NCBI GenBank assembly: GCA_965225855.1
Contig: CBDDCK010000005.1
Span: 800,001 to 864,000 of the forward strand
Direction: 5' to 3'
Source: Spirochaetia bacterium
GTDB taxonomy: Bacteria; Spirochaetota; Spirochaetia; SP-2023
Length of the DNA: 64,000 bases
Shown in pieces: positions 40,528 through 49,449 of the stretch. The translations under genes and the position numbers were made by a program. Within the stretch, counting starts at the first letter, position 1. Each line of letters opens with the position of its first letter. The notes under the pieces are model-generated. The model was not told the origin of the DNA. It made no database searches and was given only the letters and a program-made list of their open reading frames with translations.

Positions 40528-41847
40528 TTAAGTGTTTTTTTGCCCAATTTGCTTGCAGCCCATATAAGGTTGCAATGCTGCAGGAATGCGTATGGAAGTA
40601 TCGGCTTGCTGGTGGTTTTCTATTAGAGCAACAATGGCTCGCGATAAGGCTAATGCAGTTCCATTTAAGGTATGTACGGCCACATTTTTGCCTTCTTCAT
40701 TGCGGTAGCGGATACCTAGGCGGCGAGCTTGGTAATCTGTGCAGTTCGAGGCTGAAGTTATCTCCCCCCAACTACCATTTTCGCCGCCAGTTTCGTGGCG
40801 GCCAGGCATCCAAGCTTCTAAATCAAATTTGCGATAGGCGGGCGCACCCAAATCTCCCGTACAAATATCGAGTACGCGGTAAGGGATTTCCAGTGCTTGG
40901 AAGATTTCTTCTTCAATTGCCAGTAATTTTTGGTGCATTTGTGATGAATCTTCTGGCTTGCACAGGATAAACATTTCGACCTTGCTAAATTGGTGTACCC
41001 GGTATAAACCTTTAGAATATTGGCCGGCTGCACCAGCTTCTTTGCGAAAACAATGGGATATTCCACCAAGAAGAATGGGTTTACTCAAGTCAACAATCTG
41101 GTTAGAATATAGACCCCCCAGGGTAACTTCTGCGGTACCGATCAAACAGAGATGTTCATCTTGTATCATGTAGGTATTGGATTCTTCACCGCGTGGTTGA
41201 AAACCGGTACCTGCTAAAATTTCTTCGCGGGCTAAATCTGGCGTGATGCACATGGAAAAGCCATGCTTTTGCAAAATATCCGCAGCAAAACGGGTGAGCG
41301 ACATTTCCAAAAATACGGCTTGGTTGCACAAATAGTAGTGCTTGGCACCGGTAACTTTGGCAGCGTTCTCAAAATCAATCCAGCCTTGTTGCTGCATCAA
41401 CTCTACATGATCTTTGGGGCGAAAATCTTCAAATTGGGGAATTTGGCCTACAACATACAGCTCTTTGCTATCGGTATCGGCTTTGCCAACGGGAACATCG
41501 GGGTGGACCATGTTGGGCAGCAGTAGGCTTTTTTGTTGCAATTGGGAATCCAGTTTGGCAAAAATTTTTTCTTTTTTGGTCAATGCTTCCTTAATTTTTT
41601 TGCCGTGGGCCATAATTTCTTGTTTTGCAATTTCGCGTTGAGTGGCCTCCATTTTATCCAAAGCTTTCGCTGCTGCCGCATTTTGGTTGCGCTGTTGGCG
41701 CAGTATATCTATTTCTTGCTTGATAGCCAGAGACGCTTTATAAAGTGCTGCAATCTGCCGTACGTCTGGGGGCTGTTCCAAAAAACGATGGTCAATATTT
41801 TTCTGCACAGTTTCTATATTCTGGACCACAAATTTTAAATCTAGCAT
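40528..41847 (-). CDS. serS: Seryl-tRNA synthetase
   Basis: LIGTAEV, CFRKEAG, GLYRVHQFSKVE, SASNCTDYQARR. Confidence 0.97.
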   Translation of the reverse strand: MLDLKFVVQNIETVQKNIDHRFLEQPPDVRQIAALYKASLAIKQEIDILRQQRNQNAAAAKALDKMEATQREIAKQEIMAHGKKIKEALTKKEKIFAKLDSQLQQKSLLLPNMVHPDVPVGKADTDSKELYVVGQIPQFEDFRPKDHVELMQQQGWIDFENAAKVTGAKHYYLCNQAVFLEMSLTRFAADILQKHGFSMCITPDLAREEILAGTGFQPRGEESNTYMIQDEHLCLIGTAEVTLGGLYSNQIVDLSKPILLGGISHCFRKEAGAAGQYSKGLYRVHQFSKVEMFILCKPEDSSQMHQKLLAIEEEIFQALEIPYRVLDICTGDLGAPAYRKFDLEAWMPGRHETGGENGSWGEITSASNCTDYQARRLGIRYRNEEGKNVAVHTLNGTALALSRAIVALIENHQQADTSIRIPAALQPYMGCKQIGQKNT

Positions 41848-41917
41848 ATGAGATATTGTTTCCGTAATTTTCTGTTATTTTAGTTTTTAAAAACCAGCTA
41901 ATAAACCTATACAAAAT

Positions 41918-43312
41918 TTATGTAAAACTTGAGGCGGCGATAGCCGCACCTAGCAATGGAGCATTTTCTACCGTTTTAAAGCGGTAGTATCGTTGCTGTT
42001 CCAGCAAGTAGTCGAGCCAATTTCGCACACGCAGTTCAAACCGGTGCAAGGCATAAAAAGTAGAACCATCTATTGTTAGGCAAATAGGGCGCAGTGGAGA
42101 TAGACCGCCATTTGTGCGGAAGATGCAAGCAGCCATGTTGACTGCAGTAAATAATGCGTTTCGTTCTAAGATGGCTTGGGTTAAGAAATACATGCGCTCG
42201 CGGGCATTCTCATCAATATCGTGTTCGTCCAACCAGGCCACCAAAGGGCTCTTGGCATTATGGGGGCTATTTCCCACCAAATGGGGCGGACGACTAGGGT
42301 TGTGTAATATTGCATTGGCTGTAGCACTATTTTGTAGCGGTAGTTGGCAAAGTTCTTTAGGCAAAAGATTTTCTGCTCCTGCTTGGCGCAACACCATACA
42401 CACCAATTCTCCCCAGTAACAACCCGAGCAAGTTTTTTCTTGTAAATACGTGCCGGGGTTTTGGGTTTGTCTATCGTATTCTTGGTCGATAGAACTTTGG
42501 GGGAAGCGGCTATAGTTGCCGGATTCGGTATTGATGATAATGCGTTTTTCTTGGTAGTGCTTATTTAGCGTGGGAATATTTTCGCTGTATTCTGCGTAGC
42601 AGCTATTGATACCAGTACCCAGAATATAGCCAATAAAATCACTATAAGCTGCATCTTGGGCCACGGATTGGCCTGCAAGTAACGCTGCCACTGTGTCGTT
42701 GATAATATAAATGTGGGCGGGCGCTTTGGCTGCAAATTTTTGTTGTAATACTGCAATTAAGCGGCTGCCGATATATTCTCCCACTAAGTCGGGAACTTTG
42801 ATTTCTTTGCTCCATTGCAAAAGCTTGCCATCTAAATTGCCGTTGCGGTCTATAACAATTTGTGTTGAGTATGAAAAACAAAAACCTAGGCAGGGTGGGC
42901 TTTGCTGGTAGCGTTGGTAATATTGCTCTAATACTGGCTGTATAAAGTCGGCAATTTCGTTTAAAAATTGCTTTGCACTGATGGTTGTTTGCAGGCCAGG
43001 CATTTCTTGCTTGGCAAAAAGCTCTAGTGATGGCTGACCCGTATCGGGTAGAGTAATCATGGCACGGCGCAAATTGCTGCCGCCAGCATCGAGCACTACC
43101 GTTGCTTGGTTGCGTTGAAACGCTTTATCTGGCGATATATAAGTGGGGATCATTTTCAGGGAGCTTGATTGTTTTAGACCTTGTGTCATTTCCGCCAGAT
43201 AATCGGCCAGTAGTTGTTTCGGCTCCAATTGGTTACAGGTCAGGCTGTGATTTTCTAAAAATAACTGCACAGCTTGGCTATTTGCTGTAGTGTTTATGAC
43301 TGTTTTTTGCAT
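41918..43312 (-). CDS. Eukaryote-type hexokinase family protein
   Basis: SSLKMIPTY, LDAGGSNLR, GFCFSY, INDTVA, ILGTGINSCY, INTESG. AGGAG before ATG 43312. Confidence 0.88.
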   Translation of the reverse strand: MQKTVINTTANSQAVQLFLENHSLTCNQLEPKQLLADYLAEMTQGLKQSSSLKMIPTYISPDKAFQRNQATVVLDAGGSNLRRAMITLPDTGQPSLELFAKQEMPGLQTTISAKQFLNEIADFIQPVLEQYYQRYQQSPPCLGFCFSYSTQIVIDRNGNLDGKLLQWSKEIKVPDLVGEYIGSRLIAVLQQKFAAKAPAHIYIINDTVAALLAGQSVAQDAAYSDFIGYILGTGINSCYAEYSENIPTLNKHYQEKRIIINTESGNYSRFPQSSIDQEYDRQTQNPGTYLQEKTCSGCYWGELVCMVLRQAGAENLLPKELCQLPLQNSATANAILHNPSRPPHLVGNSPHNAKSPLVAWLDEHDIDENARERMYFLTQAILERNALFTAVNMAACIFRTNGGLSPLRPICLTIDGSTFYALHRFELRVRNWLDYLLEQQRYYRFKTVENAPLLGAAIAASSFT

Positions 43313-43541
43313 TGGTACTCCTGCATCTTGAGCTATAAAATCAAGTCGGCCCAGTATAGTTAGACAGCAGAAAAAAGTTAAGTACTTAGCCGCTATTATC
43401 ATTTATTCAAGTTAGAATAACGTCAATTTGTCTTTGTTTTATTTGCACTTTGTTTAGATATGTTTATAATTTGCAGAAGTAAAATTTCATGAACGCAGTT
43501 TATGTATAAATATTTACAATAGCGTTATTAAGGATTTTATC

Positions 43542-44777
43542 GTGCCTAAATATTTTAGTGCAGAGAATATTTATCATAATGGTGTGTTTTGCCCCGAGAG
43601 TATTTTGGCGGTAAATGATGATGGCTATGTTATCGGGGTGTTGCCTCGCAGTTATCTCAAGGCCGAGCAGACAAAATATTGTATGGATTTTGGGGAGCGT
43701 ATTCTTGCACCGGGCTGGGTTGATTTGCAGTTAAATGGTTGCGGTGGCGGTTTGTTTAACCGTGATTTAAATTTGGCCTGTATTGAAAAAATGCTATACA
43801 GTAGCCTTAGGCATGGGGCCACCAGTGTTCAGCCCACTTTGATTACTTGTAGTGATGAGCATATTTTAGAAGCACTGGAGGTAGTGCGCCAAGCAAAACA
43901 AAAAGCAATACAAGCGCAGCAGAAAAAAGATTGTAGTCAATGGCAATTGTGGCAAACCGTTATGGGAATGCATTTGGAAGGCCCTTATATTTCGGTAGCT
44001 CGGCGGGGTGCCCACCCGGAGCGTTTTGTTCGCAAACTAGATGAAGCGATGCTGCAAAAATTAGAGGCAGCGGGCCGCAATGGTATATTGCGCTATATTA
44101 CAATTGGCGCAGAATCGGTTCAGCCCGAGCAAGTAGCCCGTTTGGCTACCAGTGGTCTGACGGTTGCTCTGGGCCATACAGGGGCTGCCATTAGAAATTC
44201 GTGTGCGTTATTGTTGGCAGGGGCCCGTTGTTTTACCCATTTGTATAACGGCATGGGGGGGATTGATAGCCGCGATCCGCACACTTTAAGTTTAGCTTTA
44301 TCAGACAGGCGAGCCTATAGCGGTATTATTGCGGACGGCTTTCATGTTGCGCCAGAAAATATTCGCATTGCCCAGTGTTTATTAGGCAACCGTTTATTTT
44401 TGGTTACCGATGCTACTGCTACCACTGATGGTGCTGGTGGTGGCGAAGACAGTGTGTTTTTTGGCGAACAAAATTGTTATATCCGCGATGGCATTATTTG
44501 TAATGAAGAGGGTCGATTAGCTGGCTCTACTTTGACGATGAAGCGTGGTGTAGAAATTTTAGCAAATTTGTTTGATTTGCAAACCGCATTGGAAATGGCT
44601 TCGGTGAATCCTGTGCAAGCTTTGAACCCTCAAAATTTAGACAATCGCAGGATTGGCACTTTTGCACCGGGCACTAAGGCCAATTTTGTAGTGCTCGATG
44701 TTTCTCGCCATAGACGGATTTGTGAAATTTCTAGCTTAGAAACTTGGGTATTGGGGCAGCGTTGGCAATACTATTAG
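43542..44777 (+). CDS. nagA: N-acetylglucosamine-6-phosphate deacetylase
   Basis: PGWVDLQLNG, HLEGPY, THLYNGM, IIADGFHV, LAGSTL. Confidence 0.93.
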   Translation: MPKYFSAENIYHNGVFCPESILAVNDDGYVIGVLPRSYLKAEQTKYCMDFGERILAPGWVDLQLNGCGGGLFNRDLNLACIEKMLYSSLRHGATSVQPTLITCSDEHILEALEVVRQAKQKAIQAQQKKDCSQWQLWQTVMGMHLEGPYISVARRGAHPERFVRKLDEAMLQKLEAAGRNGILRYITIGAESVQPEQVARLATSGLTVALGHTGAAIRNSCALLLAGARCFTHLYNGMGGIDSRDPHTLSLALSDRRAYSGIIADGFHVAPENIRIAQCLLGNRLFLVTDATATTDGAGGGEDSVFFGEQNCYIRDGIICNEEGRLAGSTLTMKRGVEILANLFDLQTALEMASVNPVQALNPQNLDNRRIGTFAPGTKANFVVLDVSRHRRICEISSLETWVLGQRWQYY

Positions 44778-45013
44778 ATTATTGCCATAAGTAATGTTTC
44801 ATCTTTAAAAATTAGTATGGAACAACCAAAGGCTGAAACAATGCAAAGGCCCACCCCCAAGCACCACCCCACCGTACCCACCCAATAACTGCCCCAGCCC
44901 AAAGCAACAAACCGAAACCAACAAGCCAAAGCAACAAACCGAAATAGCCATACAAACGCACATACAAACGCAATTGGTTTGCCGATGCCAATCTACAAGT
45001 CATCGCCTGACTT

Positions 45014-45168
45014 ACCACAATATAGCTTTCCCCACTGGATCAAGGCCTTGATCCGCATTGGTATAAAGTATTGTTCCGTATTACTACAATATAGCTTTCC
45101 GCATTGGAGTAATGCATTGTTACCCACTGGATCAAGACCTTGATCCAAGGCGGAAAGCTATATTGTAG
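45014..45168. repeat. Mosaic of direct, inverted and palindromic repeats
   Basis: Perfect 19-bp IR at 45084-45102/45150-45168. Palindrome GGATCAAGGCCTTGATCC at 45037-45054 and a variant at 45129-45146. Confidence 0.85.
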
Positions 45169-45235
45169 CAAGGCACTAAAAAACACAAAAACATAAAAAA
45201 AGCACAAAAAAACTTACAAAAAGCTTATATAGGCC

Positions 45236-45262
45236 TTGACTCAATTCCCCCCCTAACACAAT
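45236..45262 (+). promoter_or_regulatory. Paralogous promoter with poly-C7 spacer (15 bp)
   Basis: TTGACT (45236-45241), C7 at 45247-45253, CACAAT (45257-45262). Confidence 0.6.
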
Positions 45263-45325
45263 AGGGCTCTATGCACTAGCCCGTATGGGTTGGCTAATCT
45301 TTATCCATTCTTGGAGGTATTGCTT

Positions 45326-47476
45326 ATGTATAAGCTCAAACTACTTTTATTGCCTGTAGCATTGCTACTGGCCTTTATGGCCTTGGCCTGCGCACCACCC
45401 GATGACGATGATCGATCTTCTGCGCCGTCTAAGCCGACTATCAATAACGCCATCTACGACTTTGCTACGGCTCTGTTAACCGTACAAGGTACTGACTTAA
45501 GTCCTACAGAAGCGCAAATCCAAACCATCGTAGTAGATGGTGTAGCCTTAAGTTCCTATACTGCAGATGACCCAGCCACTGGGCCAGATAGTAACGGTCT
45601 TGCAAAAGGTAAGTACCGTATGAAAAGCGATGGCACAGCGATTTGGCTTAGACTTACCGATCGACATAAAGCTACTCTGAATGGCAAGGTGGGTAGCAAT
45701 GGTCTAAAAAAAGGGTTGCTTACTAGCTCTGGTGCTTGGGCGGGTTTAGATACAGCCAAAGACTTAACCGTTAGCAATATACCCGATAAGCAGACCGAAA
45801 CCGAAGAAGAGTCGCCTAAGTTACCCGAAGCCGAACAAACCGAAGAAGTCGATGATCAATCGCCTAAGCAACCTAAAGACAAACAAGTCGAACAAGCTGA
45901 AGAGGAGTCGCCTAAGCAACCTAAAGACGAACAAGTCGAACAAGCTGAAGAGGAGTCGCCTAAGCAACCTAAAGACGAACAAGTCGAACAAGCTGAAGAG
46001 GAGTCGCCTGAACTACCCGAAGCTGCAATTACCCGTGCAACCTACAATGTTGGCACGGCGCTGTTAACTGTACAAGGTACTGACTTAGGTAGTGCGACCC
46101 AAGCCCAAATCCAAACCATCGTGGTAGATGGCCTAGCCTTAAGTTCCTATATTGCAGATGCCACAGCCACTGGGCCAGATAGTCGCGGTCTTGCAAAAGG
46201 TAAGTACCGCCTGCATAGCGCTGGCACAGCGCTTTGGCTGAAACTTACCGATCAACATAAAGCTACTCTGAATGGCAAAACAGGTATGGATAGCAATGGT
46301 CTAAAAGATGGGTTGCTTACTAGCACTGGTACTTGGGCGGGTTTAGATACAGCCAAAGCCTTGTCCGTTAGTGGAAACCCACCCACAATTACCAGTGCAA
46401 GCTACAATGTATATTTAGGCTTCTTAGAGCTTACAGGTACTAATTTACCGAAAACAGTTGCAAGATGGGACTTTAGCAAATTGACGCTTGTATCCGGTGA
46501 TGGTACTAAGAGATACCCATTACCCCAGCACTCAACTTTAGGTAGAAACAGAGCCACAGGTTCTAATGCAAGTGCAACAGGCTTAGATATTATTTTAAAC
46601 GGTAGTGTAAAAGCGGAAGCCGATAAGATACTGGTTAAGGAAGGTGTTCGTGATGCTAATGGTGCATACAACCTGGAAGCAGCAGCAGGCTTTGCAGGTG
46701 GTAGCGCAGCAGACACAACCAATCCTATTACCGTTAGGGGGTATACAGCCAGCATCACCCGTGCAACCTACGATGCTAATACAGGCGAGTTATATATTAT
46801 TGGTATCAAGTTACCGAGAGCAGTTGCAGACTGGGACTTTAGCAAATTGACGATTGTATCCGGTGATGGTACTAAGAGATACCCATTACCCCAGCACGCA
46901 ACTGCAGGTGAAAACACAGCCACAGGTTCTAGTGCAGGTACAGCCTACTTAAGTATTACTTTAAGCGGTAGTGTAAAAGCGGAAGCCGAGAAGATATTGG
47001 TTAACGATGGTGATAGTGATGCTAATGGTGCATACAACCTGGAAGCAGCAGCAGAATTTGTATCTGGTAGTCCAGAAGACCCAACCAACCCTATTACCGT
47101 TAGTGGGTATGTAGCCAGCATCACCAGTGCAAGCTACAATGCTTATTTAGGCCGGTTATTGATTATAGGTAGCAGGTTACCGAGAGCAGTTACAGACTGG
47201 GACTTTAGCAAATTGACGATTGTATCCGGTGATGGTAGTAAGAGATTCACATTACCCCGGCACGCAACAGGTGAAAACACAGCCACAGGTTCTAGTGTAG
47301 GTACAACCTACTTAGATATTACTTTAAGCGGTAGTGTAAAAGCGGAAGCCGATAAGATACTGGTTGAGGCTGGTCTTGGTGATGCTAATGGTGCATACAA
47401 CCTTAAAGCAGCAGCAGAATTTGTACCTGGTAGCGCAGAAGACCTAACCAATGCTATTCAAGTAGTTATACATTAA
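45326..47476 (+). CDS. Modular repeat surface lipoprotein paralog (2 A + 3 B repeats)
   Basis: GGAGG RBS. Near-identical signal peptide and LAC lipobox. High nucleotide identity to 631-3129. Confidence 0.9.
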   Translation: MYKLKLLLLPVALLLAFMALACAPPDDDDRSSAPSKPTINNAIYDFATALLTVQGTDLSPTEAQIQTIVVDGVALSSYTADDPATGPDSNGLAKGKYRMKSDGTAIWLRLTDRHKATLNGKVGSNGLKKGLLTSSGAWAGLDTAKDLTVSNIPDKQTETEEESPKLPEAEQTEEVDDQSPKQPKDKQVEQAEEESPKQPKDEQVEQAEEESPKQPKDEQVEQAEEESPELPEAAITRATYNVGTALLTVQGTDLGSATQAQIQTIVVDGLALSSYIADATATGPDSRGLAKGKYRLHSAGTALWLKLTDQHKATLNGKTGMDSNGLKDGLLTSTGTWAGLDTAKALSVSGNPPTITSASYNVYLGFLELTGTNLPKTVARWDFSKLTLVSGDGTKRYPLPQHSTLGRNRATGSNASATGLDIILNGSVKAEADKILVKEGVRDANGAYNLEAAAGFAGGSAADTTNPITVRGYTASITRATYDANTGELYIIGIKLPRAVADWDFSKLTIVSGDGTKRYPLPQHATAGENTATGSSAGTAYLSITLSGSVKAEAEKILVNDGDSDANGAYNLEAAAEFVSGSPEDPTNPITVSGYVASITSASYNAYLGRLLIIGSRLPRAVTDWDFSKLTIVSGDGSKRFTLPRHATGENTATGSSVGTTYLDITLSGSVKAEADKILVEAGLGDANGAYNLKAAAEFVPGSAEDLTNAIQVVIH
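45860..46003 (+). repeat. In-frame 48-bp tandem repeat x3 (SPKQPKDxQVEQAEEE)
   Basis: Units at 45860, 45908 and 45956. Confidence 0.9.
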
Positions 47477-47543
47477 GTAGGTTTTGGTTTAACCTTACTT
47501 GCCCAATAGCTCTTATAGCAGCTAAGTGAAAGCTAGCGGGCAG

Positions 47544-47587
47544 GCCAACCAAGTAAATGCGGTAAGCAATGCTTGGTTGGCTTTTTT
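47544..47587 (+). terminator. Intrinsic terminator of lipoprotein copy 2
   Basis: GCCAACCAAG...CTTGGTTGGC followed by TTTTTT. Confidence 0.7.
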
Positions 47588-47700
47588 GTTGGGCTATTAG
47601 GCTGTATCTTGTTGTTGCAACGCTTGCATTGGCCAATTATAGCCTTGGTAAGTTTTTTATCAAGGCTGCTTTTGCCAATTATAGCCATTCTGGAAAGTAG

Positions 47701-47753
47701 AAAAAAATCGAGTTATCACGTCCGATGGCACAAAGTTATCACGTCCTGCATCA
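47701..47753. mobile_element. Solo transposon end identical to the 480 end (inverted)
   Basis: Exact reverse complement of 480-532. Homology stops at the terminal ...CCTGCATCA. Confidence 0.8.
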
Positions 47754-48016
47754 TTTAGTCGGGGCTCTTCCCGCAAAGAACTTTGGCAATACAGTGTTTG
47801 GGGCTTGTTGTTTGGGTGGAATGTTACGATCTTCTGCCTGAATTAAGTATCGGACACGAGATATTTTGATACGCAAGCCTTAGTGTCTTCTCAATAAAAA
47901 AGCACAAAAAGTATTTGGATAAACTTATCATAATTCGATCTTGACTATTTGAGATTTGGCTATATACTTATTCAGGATTTTTTTATTCACGATACAAACA
48001 AAAAAGGAAGATAAAT

Positions 48017-49120
48017 ATGATATTAGGTATACTGAACGAGTCAGAAGACAGACGCGTTGCAGTTACCCCTGAAGTTGTGCCGCAGCTGCAGGGAATAGGA
48101 TTAGAGATTATTCTCGAGAAAGGAGCTGGTATTGAAGCCGGCGTTCCCGATGCTGAATATACAAACTGCAATGCCAAAGTGGTTCCAGAAAAAAAAGAAA
48201 TTCTGGCCAATGCAGACATTATTTCCACGTTTTCGCCCCTTGGGGAAGCCGAGCAAAATCAGTGCAAAGACAAAGTTATGCTTGTTTCGCGCTACACACC
48301 CTATGATCAGGTGGACAAAATAGAATCTTGGGCAAAAAAACAGCACACTATTTACAGTTTGGACATGATTCCTCGCATCACCGTGGCGCAGTCAGCAGAT
48401 GTGTTGTCTTCGCTAGCTTCGATTGCCGGTTATAAGGCTGTACTGGTTGCTACAGAATATTTACAGCGTTACTTTCCCATGCTGATTACAGCTGCTGGTA
48501 GTATTCCTCCAAGTAAAGTATTGGTGCTTGGTGCGGGCGTGGCCGGATTACAGGCGGTTGCCACAGCAAAACGTTTGGGTGCTGTGGTGGAAGCGTTTGA
48601 TACTCGCGCTGCAGCTAAAGACGAAGTGATGAGCTTGGGTGCCAAATTTGTCGAGTTAGAAGGTGCCACAGATGACAAAGCAGCAGGGGGTTATGCCGTA
48701 GAGCAAACTGAGGAATACAAGGCAAAGCAAAAAGAAGCTATTGCCAAAAGTGTGGCCAAATCGGACGTGATTGTTGCAACCGCCCAGCTTCGAGGTAAAC
48801 CGGCTCCAACTCTAGTAACCAAAGAAATGGTGGAAAGCATGAGACCCGGCAGTGTCATTATCGACTTGGCAGCCATTACTGGCGGTAATTGCGAATTATC
48901 CAAAAACAATGAAATCATCAGCCACCAAGGTGTTACCATTTTAGGTGATTCGGACCTCTCGCAACGAGTGGCCAGTCATGCATCATTGTTATATGCCAAA
49001 AATACGTTGAACTTTTTAAAGTTCATGGTAAAAGATGGCAAAATTGTACTGTGTAATAATGAGCACGAAGTGGCTCAAAAAAGCTGTATCATCGAAAACG
49101 GCAAAAACATTTATCAATAG
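48017..49120 (+). CDS. pntAA: NAD(P) transhydrogenase alpha subunit part 1
   Basis: RVAVTPE, RITVAQSADVLSS, GAGVAGLQA, GGYA. Confidence 0.95.
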   Translation: MILGILNESEDRRVAVTPEVVPQLQGIGLEIILEKGAGIEAGVPDAEYTNCNAKVVPEKKEILANADIISTFSPLGEAEQNQCKDKVMLVSRYTPYDQVDKIESWAKKQHTIYSLDMIPRITVAQSADVLSSLASIAGYKAVLVATEYLQRYFPMLITAAGSIPPSKVLVLGAGVAGLQAVATAKRLGAVVEAFDTRAAAKDEVMSLGAKFVELEGATDDKAAGGYAVEQTEEYKAKQKEAIAKSVAKSDVIVATAQLRGKPAPTLVTKEMVESMRPGSVIIDLAAITGGNCELSKNNEIISHQGVTILGDSDLSQRVASHASLLYAKNTLNFLKFMVKDGKIVLCNNEHEVAQKSCIIENGKNIYQ

Positions 49121-49129
49121 GAGAAGAAC

Positions 49130-49447
49130 ATGGCTATTATTGAATTTATTGGCAACAATTTAACCAATATGACACTTTTAATTTTTGCCTCTTTACTGGG
49201 CATGGAAGTGATTAACCACGTACCGACATTACTTCATACCCCGCTTATGTCGGGAGCCAATGCGATTAGTGGTGTAACAGTAGTCGGCGGAATTTATCTT
49301 GTACGCAAAGCTGCAGAAGGCGATTACGTCTCTATAGGTCTTGGAGCCGTTGCTATATTTTTTGGCATGATTAACGTAGTCGGAGGCTTTGCTGTAACCA
49401 ACAGAATGTTGGACAAATTTAAAAAGAGTGGAAAAGACGGGAAATAA
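49130..49447 (+). CDS. pntAB: NAD(P) transhydrogenase alpha subunit part 2
   Basis: LHTPLMSGANAISG, NVVGGFAVTNRML. Confidence 0.95.
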   Translation: MAIIEFIGNNLTNMTLLIFASLLGMEVINHVPTLLHTPLMSGANAISGVTVVGGIYLVRKAAEGDYVSIGLGAVAIFFGMINVVGGFAVTNRMLDKFKKSGKDGK

Positions 49448-49449
49448 GC

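Noticed and set aside
44811..44816. ATTAGT as left target duplication of copy 2
   Set aside because: Only a 5/6 match to TTTAGT, and not followed by TG or the end motif.
46380..47476. Diversity-generating retroelement
   Set aside because: No reverse transcriptase or non-coding template repeat in the window. Differences are not confined to adenines of one template.
480..47753. 47-kb composite transposon bounded by the two identical ends
   Set aside because: Flanks differ (CATAAC vs TTTAGT), whereas the 480/3962 pair has an exact duplication. The interval is core housekeeping DNA.
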